Shown here in pieces: positions 52,280-64,000 of a stretch of DNA of 64,000 nt. A model generated the notes under the pieces. The model was not told the DNA's origin and ran no database searches. It was given only the letters and a program-made list of their open reading frames with translations. A program made the translations under genes and the position numbers. How positions within the stretch are numbered: position 1 is the stretch's first letter; every line of letters starts with the position of its first letter. This DNA comes from Yuukianura sp. NJ FZ-2021 (taxonomy: Eukaryota), in contig CM102283.1 of NCBI GenBank assembly GCA_046563655.1, forward strand, positions 2,108,001 through 2,172,000. Reading direction: 5' to 3'.

Positions 52280-53472
52280 ATGTCATCTGCATTTGGAAAA
52301 TACAAAGTGTTGGGAACTGTAGGAGAAGGGGCTCATGGAATCGTTATGAAAGCCATGCACAGTACAACTGGAGAAATACTGGCACTGAAGAAAGTTACTT
52401 TGAAGAAACTTTCGGACGAAGGGCTCCCTGTCCAAGTCATCAGGGAAATCAAGGCCCTTCAGTATTTGAAACAACATGAAAATGTAGTTTATCTGAAAGA
52501 CATGTTTCCACAAGGGCTGAGCGTCGTGCTGGTCTTTGAGTACATTCCGTCCAATCTCTGGGAAATTCTGGACAGTTATAAACTCAACGGAGCGCAGATC
52601 AAGCGATACATGATCATGCTTCTGCGAGGACTGGAGTTTATTCACGCCAGTAACATCATTCACAGAGTAAACTTGACATATTTGGTTAGGGTTCAATTAA
52701 TCAAAATTAGTCAATTCGTAATCACTTACTTTGTAATTGTTAGGATATCAAACCAGCTAACCTGTTGATTGCCGAAACGGGATGTCTGAAGATTGGTGAC
52801 TTTGGCCTATGTCGGCTCCATTTCCCAGGAGAGAGGCGGGCTTACTCGCATCAAGTTGCGACGAGGTGGTACCGATCTCCAGAACTTTTGTACGGGGCCA
52901 GATACTACGACGAAGGACTGGATTTGTGGAGTGTCGGCTGCATTTTTGCAGAAATGTTGATCGGAGCGCCAATTTTTCCGGTAATCAGTTTGAAAAATTT
53001 GCAGAACGTAAAATTATAAATATTATAAACCTGTTTTTTGTAAAATGAAAATTTTTGCAGGGAGAAAACGACATTGATCAACTGTACAAAGTCATTTCTA
53101 GTTTGGGAAGTCCAACCAATGACAATTGGCCAGGACACGCCGACCTTCCGGATTACAACAAAATTTCATTTACTAAAATGGATCCTATTCCGCTGAAGGA
53201 CTTGGTGTCAACAGAGGTTCCATTTGCAGTGGATTTTCTAGGCAAATTTTTGTTGTACGATTCCTCCATGCGTATTCGAGCTGCTCAGGTATTCACACTT
53301 ATAAATTACGTTTTAAATTAATTTTTTTAGACTACCGCCGTTTTTCCTTGTACAGGCTCTGACTGATGATTTCTTTGGAGTACAGCCTTTTCCCTGTTTA
53401 ATGTCGCAGTTGCCACCAATTCCGACTAAAAAGCCGAACAAATCCGATTCCGAGCTGCTCAATGACTTTTAA
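52280..53472 (+). CDS. CDK20: Cyclin-dependent kinase 20 (CCRK)
   Basis: [79 protein letters not shown]; 4 coding exons, stop at 53470-53472. Confidence 0.95.
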
Positions 53473-54439
53473 TTGTGAAAGGTAACCGTCAAATCCAAAA
53501 CTCCATACAAAATAGTACCGTTCCTCTTCATTAGAACATCTAGAGGTCAAAGGTGAAGCATAAATTGGTTAAATTCTTGCATTTCAACGGCTTGGCATAC
53601 GGACGTAGCGAAATGAATTCGGATAACCACCTTCCGTCTATCCTATCCGCGGATTTAAAAAGTCTCACATTTGAATACACATTTCAAAAATCAAAATAAA
53701 ACTCAAACTGAGAAAAGCGGGAGTAGATTTTGGGCGGGTCAATTCTTTTGTTTGGCAATTTCACTTATGTGTGTTGCTGGTGCGGAATTTTTTTAAGTGA
53801 AGTCGGAATGGGATGGTACGAGATTTTAATTTTTCAATTTCACATTATATAAAATTATGAACTAACTTTTGATTGCAATCAATTCAATTACTAAAGTTAA
53901 GTACTTGCCTCAACTAATTTGGATTTATTTTTGTTCAACTTATTTTCGACTTGAAACTTGCAATTGCATTGCAACTTGCAACCCACATTTTCAATTTCAC
54001 TTTCTATAGTAATAAAAAAAAGTGTCCGTTGCCGAGTGTCAAATAATTTCCGCACTCACTTCGCGTGTTTTTGGGATCTTCCGTTACAAAAACCGGGTTG
54101 AATTTTCAGCTTATCTGTAACTTAACGATTTGTAATTTGTAACAACAACACAAACAACTGATTTAGTGCTTTACTGTTTGTCGGGTAAGTTTCCGAGCTT
54201 AATTAATTTCTTACTAAGTTGTTACTAAGTAATTAAAATCATGCTAAAAGTTCTGTATCGTGAACGTAACAGCCGAACTAGGATTCCTAAATCTAACTGA
54301 ACGCTGAACGTCTCTTTTAGGTCAGCTGTTCGGATTCGACCGTTGACCTTGAAGCCAGTCAGACCCAGATTTGCTGTCATTGTCAGTTTCGTCCTCATTG
54401 ATTTTCTATAGTAAGACTGCCACTGCGAAGTCTATTAAG

Positions 54440-56628
54440 ATGGAACGAAGCAAATCCTCAGCATCAGTATCCATGTCAAACTTACTATCAGCTGGAGGAG
54501 TAACTGTTCGGCGGGGTAGGATTAGTGCTCAAGAGCTTTCGACTGTGGGCGTGGCTCCAACCGGAGCAACAGGAAATGTCTCGGGTAATTCAACTGGTAG
54601 TGGCGGAAGTGGGAGCATGACGTCGTCTATGTCGGAACTCGGCGTATTTGGTGCGGCCAACACGAGCACTTCGGTTGTGACGGGGGCCCAACAAAAGTGA
54701 GCTTGAAATCGTTAACACTCAGTAATTACAATACCTAAATGTGTACTTTTTAACCAAACGTTTTCTTTTTCAGTCCAAAACGAAAATCAAGGTTTGGATC
54801 ACTATATCAGTCACTGCTTACAAGCGAATCTTCAGAGGGCACTTTGAGTCCGAACGCGGTCCGAGGAATCATAAATCCGTTTCGTTCACAACTGAAGCTA
54901 CCACCGCTCGAAGTTGCTCGACTACGTGGTCTTCCGGCCATGGACAACTCCGAATCTCCTAGTAATTCTGCTGAACAAGAAAATTCTGACTACCCTGCTA
55001 CTTCCAGCGTCGCAGCAGCTCTTTCGTCCTCAGCAACAACCAACATTACACCGCCTACTTCTGGTGAAGGTTCTGGAGATGGGAACACTCCCGAGCTGGA
55101 TCCTTCTGAACTTTTCAGTTCAGGTGACCCCTCTCCCCCTGATGTTCCTGTCAAGGACGTTCCAAGAGTTCAAGAAGTCGTACACCACCGTTTGGCAAGA
55201 CAGCCATCACCATTGTTCGCCTTGCAAGATGAAAATGCTCCACCCAAACTTACGTTTGGTCCATCAGTTGCTGCCGTGGTTCGACCTCATCCACTTCCAA
55301 TTCATAAGACTCCGGTGGGTTCAAAATCATTTTGTCCTCCTCCTGCTGTTCCATCAGCTCCGACTTCAATCGGTTCCAGGAATCACAGAGCACCAACGAA
55401 CCAAGTACGATCAAGCAAGAAACCCAGTTCTGGATGGCGCTTTCCTACTGAATCGGTTGGTGATAAGGAGTACTTGATCATGAAAATTATTGGAAAAGGA
55501 GGTTGTGGCGAAGTTTCTTTGGTAAGCATTACATAAAACTTTCAATTCACTTCAATTCAGTGTCAATTATTCATCATTCGAACTTATTTCTCCACTACTA
55601 GGCAATGGAAAAGGAAACTAGAGGTTTATTTGCACTCAAGAAAGTCAATTTGTGTGGTTTGGATCAAACTGGAATAGACGAATGTGTGAACGAAATTAAA
55701 CTTCTTGCAGAGCTCCGCGATACAAACTTGGTAATTCACATTGAAGCTTGGTGAGTCTAAATGAATTTTGTCATGTTTTTGTTCATACAAAGTTGTTTCA
55801 TAATATTCAATTTTTATCAGGGAAATGAATCCTACTGACAAGACTATCAAAATTGTTATGGAGTTTGGGCAATGCGACTTGAACAAATCCATATCCACTG
55901 ATAAGACGATTTCTCTCAACAAAGTGAAATCCATTTGGGAAAGAATGCTCCAAATTGTTCAAACGATTCATTCAAGAGGTACTACTGCAAGCTTTTTCTT
56001 TCATAAAACTATTAAAAACGTCTGTGGATTGATCACAAACATTGAAAATATTTTCCAGGAATTGTCCACGCCGATTTGAAACCGGCAAATTTTGTCTGGG
56101 TCGGAGGAAACTTGAAGATAATTGATTTCGGAATTGCCAATAAGCTCCAACCAGAGTTCACAAGCATCGCAACTCTCAATCCAAAAGGGACACTCAATTT
56201 TATCAGTCCAGAAACAGTAAATCAAGATGTATTGGGACGTACCAAGGTAATTGATTAGTCCACAATCAATTAAAATCTGTTAACTAAGCTCAAGTAATCG
56301 GTTAATCAATTAATTGTTACTCTATCTGCCTTATATGTTTCAGATTAGTCCAAAATCTGACATTTGGTCACTTGGATGCATTCTACATCTTATGATTTTT
56401 GGAAAAACACCGTTTCAGAACATAATGCATCAAATGGCCAAGATCAACGCCATCATTCAGGGCGTCACTTCCTATCCTCCACTTCCCCCTCAGTTTGAAG
56501 GCTCCTCTGTCTTGTCAGTTCTTCAACTCTGTTTTCAAACTGATCCAAAACTGAGGCCTACTGCTTCTCAACTACTTTCACATCCATTTCTTCAGAATCA
56601 CGAAACATTCATGTCCGTAATTCAGTGA
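54440..56628 (+). CDS. TTK: Mps1/TTK-like dual-specificity kinase (divergent)
   Basis: Ser/Pro-rich N-terminus, then IGKGGCGEV, FALKKV, VMEFGQCDL, IVHADLKPANFVWVGGNLKIIDFGIANKLQPEFTSI..GTLNFISPE, ISPKSDIWSLGCIL..GKTPFQ: Mps1-family signatures. Confidence 0.82.
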
Positions 56629-57090
56629 GGGTAGCTTAATTTAGCCGAATTAAGCCTAATGTTAGCCTAACCTAACTGAATTCTGTTAATGTTAGCCGAA
56701 CCTTAGCGTTTATTCCTCTCATCTTTAACATTAACATTGCGATATCATTTATCCGAGCTTTAGGCAGGGGGAGACGTTTTTCCCGCATTATTTCATTTAC
56801 TCCATTTTTTCGAATTTTATATTTCTCTGCATTAAATATTAATCCAAGGCTTTTGCTTTTATTTAGTTTTTAATTTTTTTTTAGTGAACACTGCAGAAAC
56901 TAGAAACATTGGCTATAAACTAGTTTGTTTTGGAATTAAGCATAGTGCAGCGTAGTAACATAATAAACAGGGCAAACATCAGTACAAAGTATTAACAAAA
57001 ACGATTGATTTTGTAGTAACAGGCAATGTGAGGACAAAAATTTCGAAATTTTTTCTAAACTATTTTAGATTCTAACTGTTGAAAAAAGTG

Positions 57091-57486
57091 TTAGGAAATG
57101 TTTTTGCGAAGTGGATTATCCGTCGTCGGTCCTGGAAAAAGTATGGATCCGAGAGGAACAAATGTAATTTGCCAATTTTTGTTCTGGAAAAGACTTCCCA
57201 AGCTTCCAGTCATCATACCACTCATGAAGTTGGAGAACAGGTCAGGAACTTCACAAAAATAATATATTATTAATACGATATAAATTAATTAATTCATAAT
57301 ATATGTTTTTTAGTCCTTACATATTCGTGGTTTGACGGAACTTTGACGATGTGTTGGTGGTTCGTTGATCTGTAACCTCCTGACCTCGCTTGGTGGAGGT
57401 AAAGAGTGACTCAAGGAAGAGGAAACTACAAGTAGTGAAACGCAGAACAACAAAAACGTTTTGCGCCAGAGCTGCACCGACGCCAT
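57091..57486 (-). CDS. Orphan small secreted protein (107 aa, 2 coding exons)
   Basis: Exons 57486-57321 and 57248-57091 join in frame (gtaag...gaag intron); signal-peptide-like N-terminus MASVQLWRKTFLLFCVSLLVVSSSLS; upstream TATA box. Confidence 0.6.
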
Positions 57487-57593
57487 GACTGGATCGTCTC
57501 TGCGCCTGTGCAAATTCGAAGTTTGAATTTGCCACTAAAACGAAAAGCACGTAAATTTCCCAAGTACAAGTACAAGGCTCCACTCATAGTTGT

Positions 57594-57600
57594 ATTTATA
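57594..57600 (-). promoter_or_regulatory. TATA box of the small secreted protein gene
   Basis: Minus strand cctataaatac, ~110 bp upstream of the ATG. Confidence 0.5.
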
Positions 57601-58870
57601 GGCTTCGGTTTAAGTCAGTTTCTTAATTTTAACTCAAGTGCTAATTGGCACCTTTTTTGAATCCTAGTAAGCCCATTGATTTCCCCCGGAGGTGAATGAC
57701 CTACAGACCAAAATACTTCAGCAGCATCAAGCAGCACCCAAAATCAGTATGGAGGTCAGAGGAACAAACTCAAAAATTTGGGCGGATCCTGTCCAGGGTG
57801 TGAAGTCGATAAGGAAAACGTTATTTGCACAAAAGTTAGCAACTTGGCACAGAAAGTGCGCGAAAGTGTGAGATTGTTTTTGTTTGCGCAGGCATTAATT
57901 TTTGGAAAATTCTAGTCAGTGGGAGTGGGGAGCGTTTCAAATCGTGTCAAATCTTTTAGATTTTGGATTTCAATTTGAAAAATATTTAATTCAAAAAATT
58001 CTTTTATTTCCTAGAACGTGACTCATCTGCTTTTTTTCTTCAATCTTTTATCTTTTTTGACACCGCTCATTGTATTCCGTTTTGAGCTAAAAAAATCCGG
58101 TTGTAACCCGTAGTTTACGAAAGTAGCGAAAGATGGCACCAATCCCGTACGCATGCTCATCAACTCGCCATTGTATTTGTAAGTCATAATATGCCATAGT
58201 CTCATAAACGGGAAAACAAAAAAGTTGACCTTTGACCCGGTAGGTCACATAAAGTAGAAGAACGTTATTTTGATGAGATGAACAGCTTTTGTACAGATCA
58301 TTTTTCATGTTAAGGGGATGAAACCGGTTGAACCTGACCCAAGGTTGTTTAAATTGAAATTTTGTTGCTTTTTTTAAACATGTTATACCATAACTCCTTT
58401 TTTTTTAATTTTCAAATCTCTTGAACTGCATATCTGATGCGGCTTCGTTGTGTTAGCAGTTCGAAATCAGAACTATGACTCAGCAACGTGAAAATTAAAA
58501 AAATTAAAAAGATTATTGTGAGAATCAACAAACTAACTAACCAAGAAATGCATTGAGAGTGGATTGATATGGAGTTGACCTTCACCTACGGTGAGTCACC
58601 GTTGTAAACATCATATGCCATTTGGGGAATTCGGAAAACCAAATTGCATCTTTGTGTTCTGAGGTAGGAAGATAAGATAAACAGTATTCGCTTCACAATA
58701 TTAAAAAAAAAACAAGCAACAATTTGCTAAAATCATCCCCGCAAAAAATAATATCTACTGTTTAGTTCACCATTCGAAAACGAAATTGAACAACCTTGAA
58801 AAGTAGAACCTGAAAAACTTTCTTTTTTTAAAGCGTGAAAATCAAAAACTCTTAGTTTCCTAAGATCAAG

Positions 58871-61536
58871 ATGGAAACGCTTAAGGACTTGGCTGGTTTC
58901 AAGCACTACTTTCTGCACTGGAATGGCCCAGACAAAGTGACCTCTGACATGATTCCAGAAAAAATGAAAGAATTCGATTTTTTGAACGTAGTAACCACTG
59001 GTTTAGCGCCATCAGCAGAAGCAGAAGAGGACGACGAGTGCAACGAAATACGATATCTCCAGCGCTGCTTGATTCCCTTTGTTCATCTGTTTCTGGAAAT
59101 CATTGCGGGGGATTTGAAGAAGGCACATGAGATGCTGAATGAGGTGGATGAGACCATGATCTCCATGATCTGTGAACCAGAATTTAGTGAGGAGTACATT
59201 CCTGGATTCCAGTACTTGCAACACCTTGTCCAACTTCACTTTCATCTTGCCTTCCAGCAAGTCGCTGGGTATGACGAACTGAAGGATTGCTTACCGGCAC
59301 AACGAGATCCACCACCGACTCAATTGGCATTAGAGGCAAAGTACAGTGACCTGAAAAATAAAAGCAAATGTGTCGTCGTTGCTGCTCGGTGGATGCTTAT
59401 TCAAACCAATCATAACCGCCGTCGCGAGGAACCGCAAATTCTGACAGAGGTAATTAAGAAAAAGAACAACAGATTCATTTTTAATGAACATGTTTCAAAA
59501 TTTTGGTTGGGGTATGGTTTATCAACCGTCTTTGTAACCGCACGGCGAAGCCACTTTGCTACCACAATGGGTGGCTAAACTAAGCTGCAAGTAGTGTTGC
59601 CACTTCAGGTTAGGCTATACTCAAGGCGCTACAAAACTTGTCACTAGAAAGGGTATGTGTGAGCTTCAAGGGGACTCGCATTTGAGAAACAAACCATGAG
59701 AGATTCAATGCAGAAAACAATGCAGAAAAATAAAGAACCGAGTAAGACTCGAACCCACGGCTACACTCCGGGAACACGCCCTTTATCCGTTGAGCTATCG
59801 GGTGAGTTTTTCACAAAACGGCATTGGAAAACTACCACTTGCCCTCCATACACCTCCATCGTTGGCAGGGGACTAATGCCAAACGGCACAAGCCGCATAT
59901 TATTGTCCCAAAATATGGTCGGAGTGGGTACACTGTGTGGCTACAATGTCGACGGTTAATCCTTACCCCAACCAAAACATTTATTTATAGGTTGGGAAAT
60001 TGGATTGTACCAATTGGTACTGGTACACCATAGCGTATAACCATGTACGTTACCTTAGAAAACAGAGTGCCTTCTCTGCTGCTGAGCGATCTGGTCCATC
60101 ACAAGAGGAAATTAACCTCGTGACAAGTGCACTCAAGCATCTTGGTACAAATGACCAATCCAGAGGTCGACAGAGGTGTGACGCCAATTTGTGTCAATGT
60201 TTGGCGGATATTGTTGCCTTCCAATGTAAAACAGGAAAGTTCCAATCAGTAACGTTGGACAGAAAATACGCAAATGTCGTAAGCATGGTGGATCATCTCA
60301 AATCATCTGCAACGTAAGAACGTAACCAAAATAAGTTTCAATGTAAAATTTAACAAAATTGATTTACTACAACACCTATTTTGTTTTTGTAGGGAAGCGA
60401 TATTCTCACCGAATTCGAGATTTTCCGAGTTGATGCGATTCGGAGAAATTTTTGGAATTAGTCTTCCGTCTGAATATCGTGACTACATAATTGCTGCAGC
60501 CTTTCTAAAAACTGCATGCGCAAAATACCCGGACAACTCCAAAGCAAATCATAAAATGGGAGCCATTATCATAAATTCGGTAAAATCGCATAAATTTCTC
60601 ACGGAAATTAGCGCGAAAACTATAAAGTTGGCAACAATGGAACCGAACCATATTGTGGCGTTGATTAACTTTTTAAAAAGGTGTATTGGGTGTCATTGGT
60701 AATGTAGGCTCAGTGTTTCCGACTTATATTGCCGACTTAATTTTTTCGTGCTATGACCAGGAAAAAATTCTTGAATATGTAACTTTCTCTTGTGAACTTC
60801 ACATGAAAATGTAAATCTAAAACGTGTTGTTGTTAGAAGCGTGAGATGAAGGACGCAATCTACTACTTGGAACAAGCAGTAAAACTGTTCCCAAGGAATT
60901 TCCCGGCTTGGATGGACCTCCTTCCAGCTCTTCTTCGAGATTACAAAGAAAATGAAGCCAAAGTCAAAGAAGTTCTGGAATTTGCCCGGATGCAGGAACA
61001 TCAGTGGACAGAAACTGAACTTGGGGCGTTTGATTTTTATGAGGGATCCCTGGCCTTCCTTACTGGGTTCGAGAAAAACGCTGTCAAACTATGGCGGAAA
61101 TCATTGAAACGGGAATACGACGGGTTTAAAGTTGGCAACATGGCAAATAATTATTTTTTCTGTGCAATGCTTAGAATTATAACTAGGAGCATTGGTTGCT
61201 TTACAGGGACTGGGCATAATCAGGGCTCGTTTCGGCTGGCCGAACCTTCATCCGTTGACATTTGACGCCCTGCGGAGTGCCCTTGATCTCATCCATTAGC
61301 AACAATTGGAAGTAGTGGACCAGATTACTAAACTTCAAAAAATTGTAGATGAAGCCAATGAGAAGACTTCGCAATTCTATCGTCATAAAAATATCAGAGA
61401 ACGCGAAGATAAGAACTGGAGAGCTGGGCAAGCAGCCTCATCTCGAGATTCCGGTCGTTCAACTTCGATTCCTCCAGGATCATGGCGTAACCACGGGAGA
61501 AGTTCATCCAATAAGGATGAGGACTCTGATTGTTGA
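58871..61536 (+). CDS. Uncharacterised helical/TPR-like protein; in-frame TAG at 61297 (possible pseudogene or truncated allele)
   Basis: Exons 58871-59449, 59991-60313, 60393-60579, 60837-61130 and 61207 onward splice in frame. TPR-like helices FLKTACAKYPDNSKANHKMG and DAIYYLEQAVKLFPRNFPAWMDL. Confidence 0.65.
59505..59973. mobile_element. MITE, GGTTGGGGTA-TIR family, carrying a tRNA-like segment
   Basis: ggttggggtatggtt ... aatccttaccccaacc; degenerate 8-bp flanks aaaatttt/aaaacatt. Confidence 0.7.
59736..59803 (-). other. tRNA-derived segment with Pol III A and B boxes
   Basis: Minus strand acccgaTAGCTCAACGGataaagggc...GGGTTCGAGTCttactcggtt followed by a T-rich tract; anticodon arm degenerate. 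Confidence 0.55.
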
Positions 61537-61579
61537 TATAGAAATACAAATCTAAATCAATTTTAATTAATAGGTTAGA

Positions 61580-61807
61580 TGCGGGGTTCAAATCCCACTC
61601 GGTTTCTTATTTTATTTCCACACTCTTGTTCTTTGTCTCTCAAGCCATGTGACCCCTGAGCCTCACACACTCCGACCAATAAAGGGTAAAATGGGTGGCA
61701 ACTTACGTTGCCACTCAGGTGAAGCCACCTAGATATTAGGCACAGTAAACGGCGGAGTGGCTACACTGTGGTTCTGAAATGACGGTCGTTAATCCTTACG
61801 TTGACCG
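61580..61807 (+). mobile_element. Truncated copy of the tRNA-box MITE family
   Basis: gggttcaaatcccactcggtttcttattttt...ctcacacac matches the reverse complement of 59650-59760; ends gttaatccttacgttgacc like the 59973 terminus. Confidence 0.6.
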
Positions 61808-62163
61808 ATTTTCTAAGGATGAAATTTATAATGCAAAATAATTGTTAATTACTAAATAATTAATCTATTCACTTGTTAAAATCATGCCTTTTAGTTGAGG
61901 TTTGTGTAAAAATGTAACAAGCAGTGGGTGGCCTCTGCCATGACGTATGACGAAACTAATCTTTTCCTGGTGGATGACGTGCTCTTGTGCATACGTGATC
62001 TTGCGCAGACATGCATTTTGTATTCCGTACTTTGTCACGAGATTCTAACAAAAGGAGATTAGGTTAATAGTTTTTTCTTTGTTACGACATGCATAGAGTG
62101 ATCTCTCTGGAGGCTGCTGGAAGAGATGAAACTATTCATATGGAGGTTGTTGTTACCAATTAT

Positions 62164-62360
62164 CAGGGTTGCAAAAAATATTTACTTCCCATGCCTGCAA
62201 TGTTAACAAAATCAATATTTTGAGCATTTTTGTTACGAAATATTTATTTATTTCCCTATGCCCGTAATGTTAAGCTAGTAAATATTTCGAGCTTTTTCAG
62301 TAAATATTGCATTTATTTAAATATTTCGCTGGTTTTTAGTAAATATTTTTTGCAACCCTG
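62164..62360. mobile_element. hAT-type MITE (197 bp) with perfect 8-bp TSD
   Basis: TIRs CAGGGTTGCAAAAAATATTTAC / GTAAATATTTTTTGCAACCCTG; TSD ccaattat at 62156-62163 and 62361-62368. Confidence 0.92.
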
Positions 62361-63106
62361 CCAATTATGAATAAGTTTCAGACGTTATGAATAAAGTTAT
62401 AGACGTTTTGAGTAAAAGTTATACTATAGACTTTTAGTTCTAGTCACAAATTCATAGAGTTTACCTCTCTTCATGTCACCCTTGAACACATGTTAATTCT
62501 TAAGTAGCATTTTTTCAATCAACTATCCAGGAAGTTTCCTGGATCCAGCTCCAGCATGCTAACAAAACTTCTAAACGGCTTTTTAACACTAAACTTAACA
62601 AAAACCATTCTGCACATGTGCCAAAAATTTTAATTCACATTAATCTACAATTTAATTGCCAAAAATTTAAAATTCCAATTTCCCCAAACCTTGTCCCAAT
62701 TTCCCATTGACAATTTTTTAAAAATAGAACAAAAATGAGCTATCAGTTTCTCAAAAAAGAAACCAATAATAATAATAATTCAAAAATGTAAATTTTTTGA
62801 ATAATTTTAAGGTTTTATGCGAAGGATAATCCTGGGCTAAGCCGGTTTTGGCTGAATTTCGCAATTTCAAATTCAAATTTGGATCAGTTACGGTATAACA
62901 GCTTAGCAAAATTTCTATTCATGAAATATAATTTTGTTTTTATAGCCCACAGTTAAATATAGTCGTGGCAAAATTCATAACAATAGTTAACCATAATTTT
63001 AACCATAAACCATTTTAACAATAGTTAAACATAACCACAATTGTTTAACCACAGTTAAATTGAGAATTTAACAAACTAATATTGTTTAAGCACAATAAAA
63101 TTTATC

Positions 63107-63590
63107 TTATGAACTTTTTAGAGTGCCGTTCACTCCATTGACCTCGTTGACCTCGATAATTCTGGGAAGCAAATACAGATTCTCAGTTTCCATTAACTCT
63201 GAGAAGACCATTGACCTTTGCAGAGTTGAAATCCTTCTGCGAAGCCACTTTTTCTGTATCATCATTTCAATCTCTTCCGCCATCTCCATTGTTCTGTCTT
63301 CCTCGTTAACACTAAAGAGATTCAATTGTGCAAAATGGAAATAACCAAATCCAAATCCTCTTTTCTAATCCAAAAGTGCTGATGGTGATGCTGGCAAGTA
63401 TTTTTGGATTTTCTTCATAAGCCGCACATATGTGGATCCCCGTGCCAGAAGACGCTTAATCCCATGCCATTACCAAAGTATTCTCACCAGATTGGCAATT
63501 AACAAGTTTTTAGCTGGTCCAGGACAGTAGCTGCTTGGGGCGTGGCCACCCAACAGTCAAATCCTGTTCGTCAGTCACCAACGAGCACCT
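63107..63590 (-). pseudogene. Decayed coding-like relic of unknown origin
   Basis: One minus-strand frame reads protein-like with scattered stops (..SWTS*KLVNC..MAWD*ASSG..HFWIRKEDLDLVISILHN*) and shifts into the 63107-63325 ORF; no family recognised. Confidence 0.25.
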
Positions 63591-64000
63591 AATCTAGTCA
63601 AACGCCTAACGAAAACGCCTAACATAATGAAAACGCCTAACTACTTTTTTAGTGCTGAGTTTTAGTAGTAATTAAGCCATGGTCCACTGACGTCGTCGAT
63701 TATTAAGACGAAGGACACATTTTAAGTCAAAGGAAAAACAAGTTCTAGGGAGGCCCTCGTCTGCAGTTTGCAAAAAATTTGCACACCTCGCTTATCCACA
63801 GTTTTGCAAAAAAAGTTGGATTTTTGCACAACACGAACTCTTCATACATTTTTGCACAAACAAGGTTCAAGATTCAAGAGCAAGAACCACCACGTCCTTC
63901 CTAGTACACTAGGCAATTTGCAAATTTTAGTGTGAATTTGCAAATTTTATTGCGAATTGCGAAAGACTTGTGACGCATCATTGACTAGAACTGTGCAGAT

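Noticed and set aside
59736..59803. Functional tRNA gene
   Set aside because: No proper anticodon arm, a mismatched acceptor stem, and it is embedded in a repeat.

Overview
Eukaryotic (arthropod/hexapod-like, AT-rich, short GT-AG introns) genomic DNA, not prokaryotic. It opens inside a nearly intact BEL/Pao LTR retrotransposon (gag-PR / RT-RH-IN, PPT and 3' LTR), followed by ~11 kb of repeat-strewn non-coding DNA. A gene-dense block follows: ABTB2/3 (BTBD11)-like (+), Dicer-1 (-), MFSD5 (-), Bub3 (+), RWDD4 (-), an ecdysteroid-kinase-like gene (+), Chk1 (-), CDK20 (+), an Mps1/TTK-like kinase (+), an orphan small secreted protein (-) and a TPR-like protein with an in-frame TAG (+). The non-coding DNA holds Helentron/HINE-like elements, several MITEs (two with perfect 8-bp TSDs), a tRNA-like segment inside a MITE and an 11-bp minisatellite. 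The most notable observations are: a ~2.3-kb multi-hairpin fold-back array in the last ABTB intron next to Dicer-1; eight perfect DR1 (RGGTCAAAGGTCA) elements, three of them in coding exons; a Bub3-Chk1-CDK20-Mps1 cluster; and a perfect RFX X-box upstream of CDK20. All gene calls rest on motif recognition and manual splicing; no database search was run.
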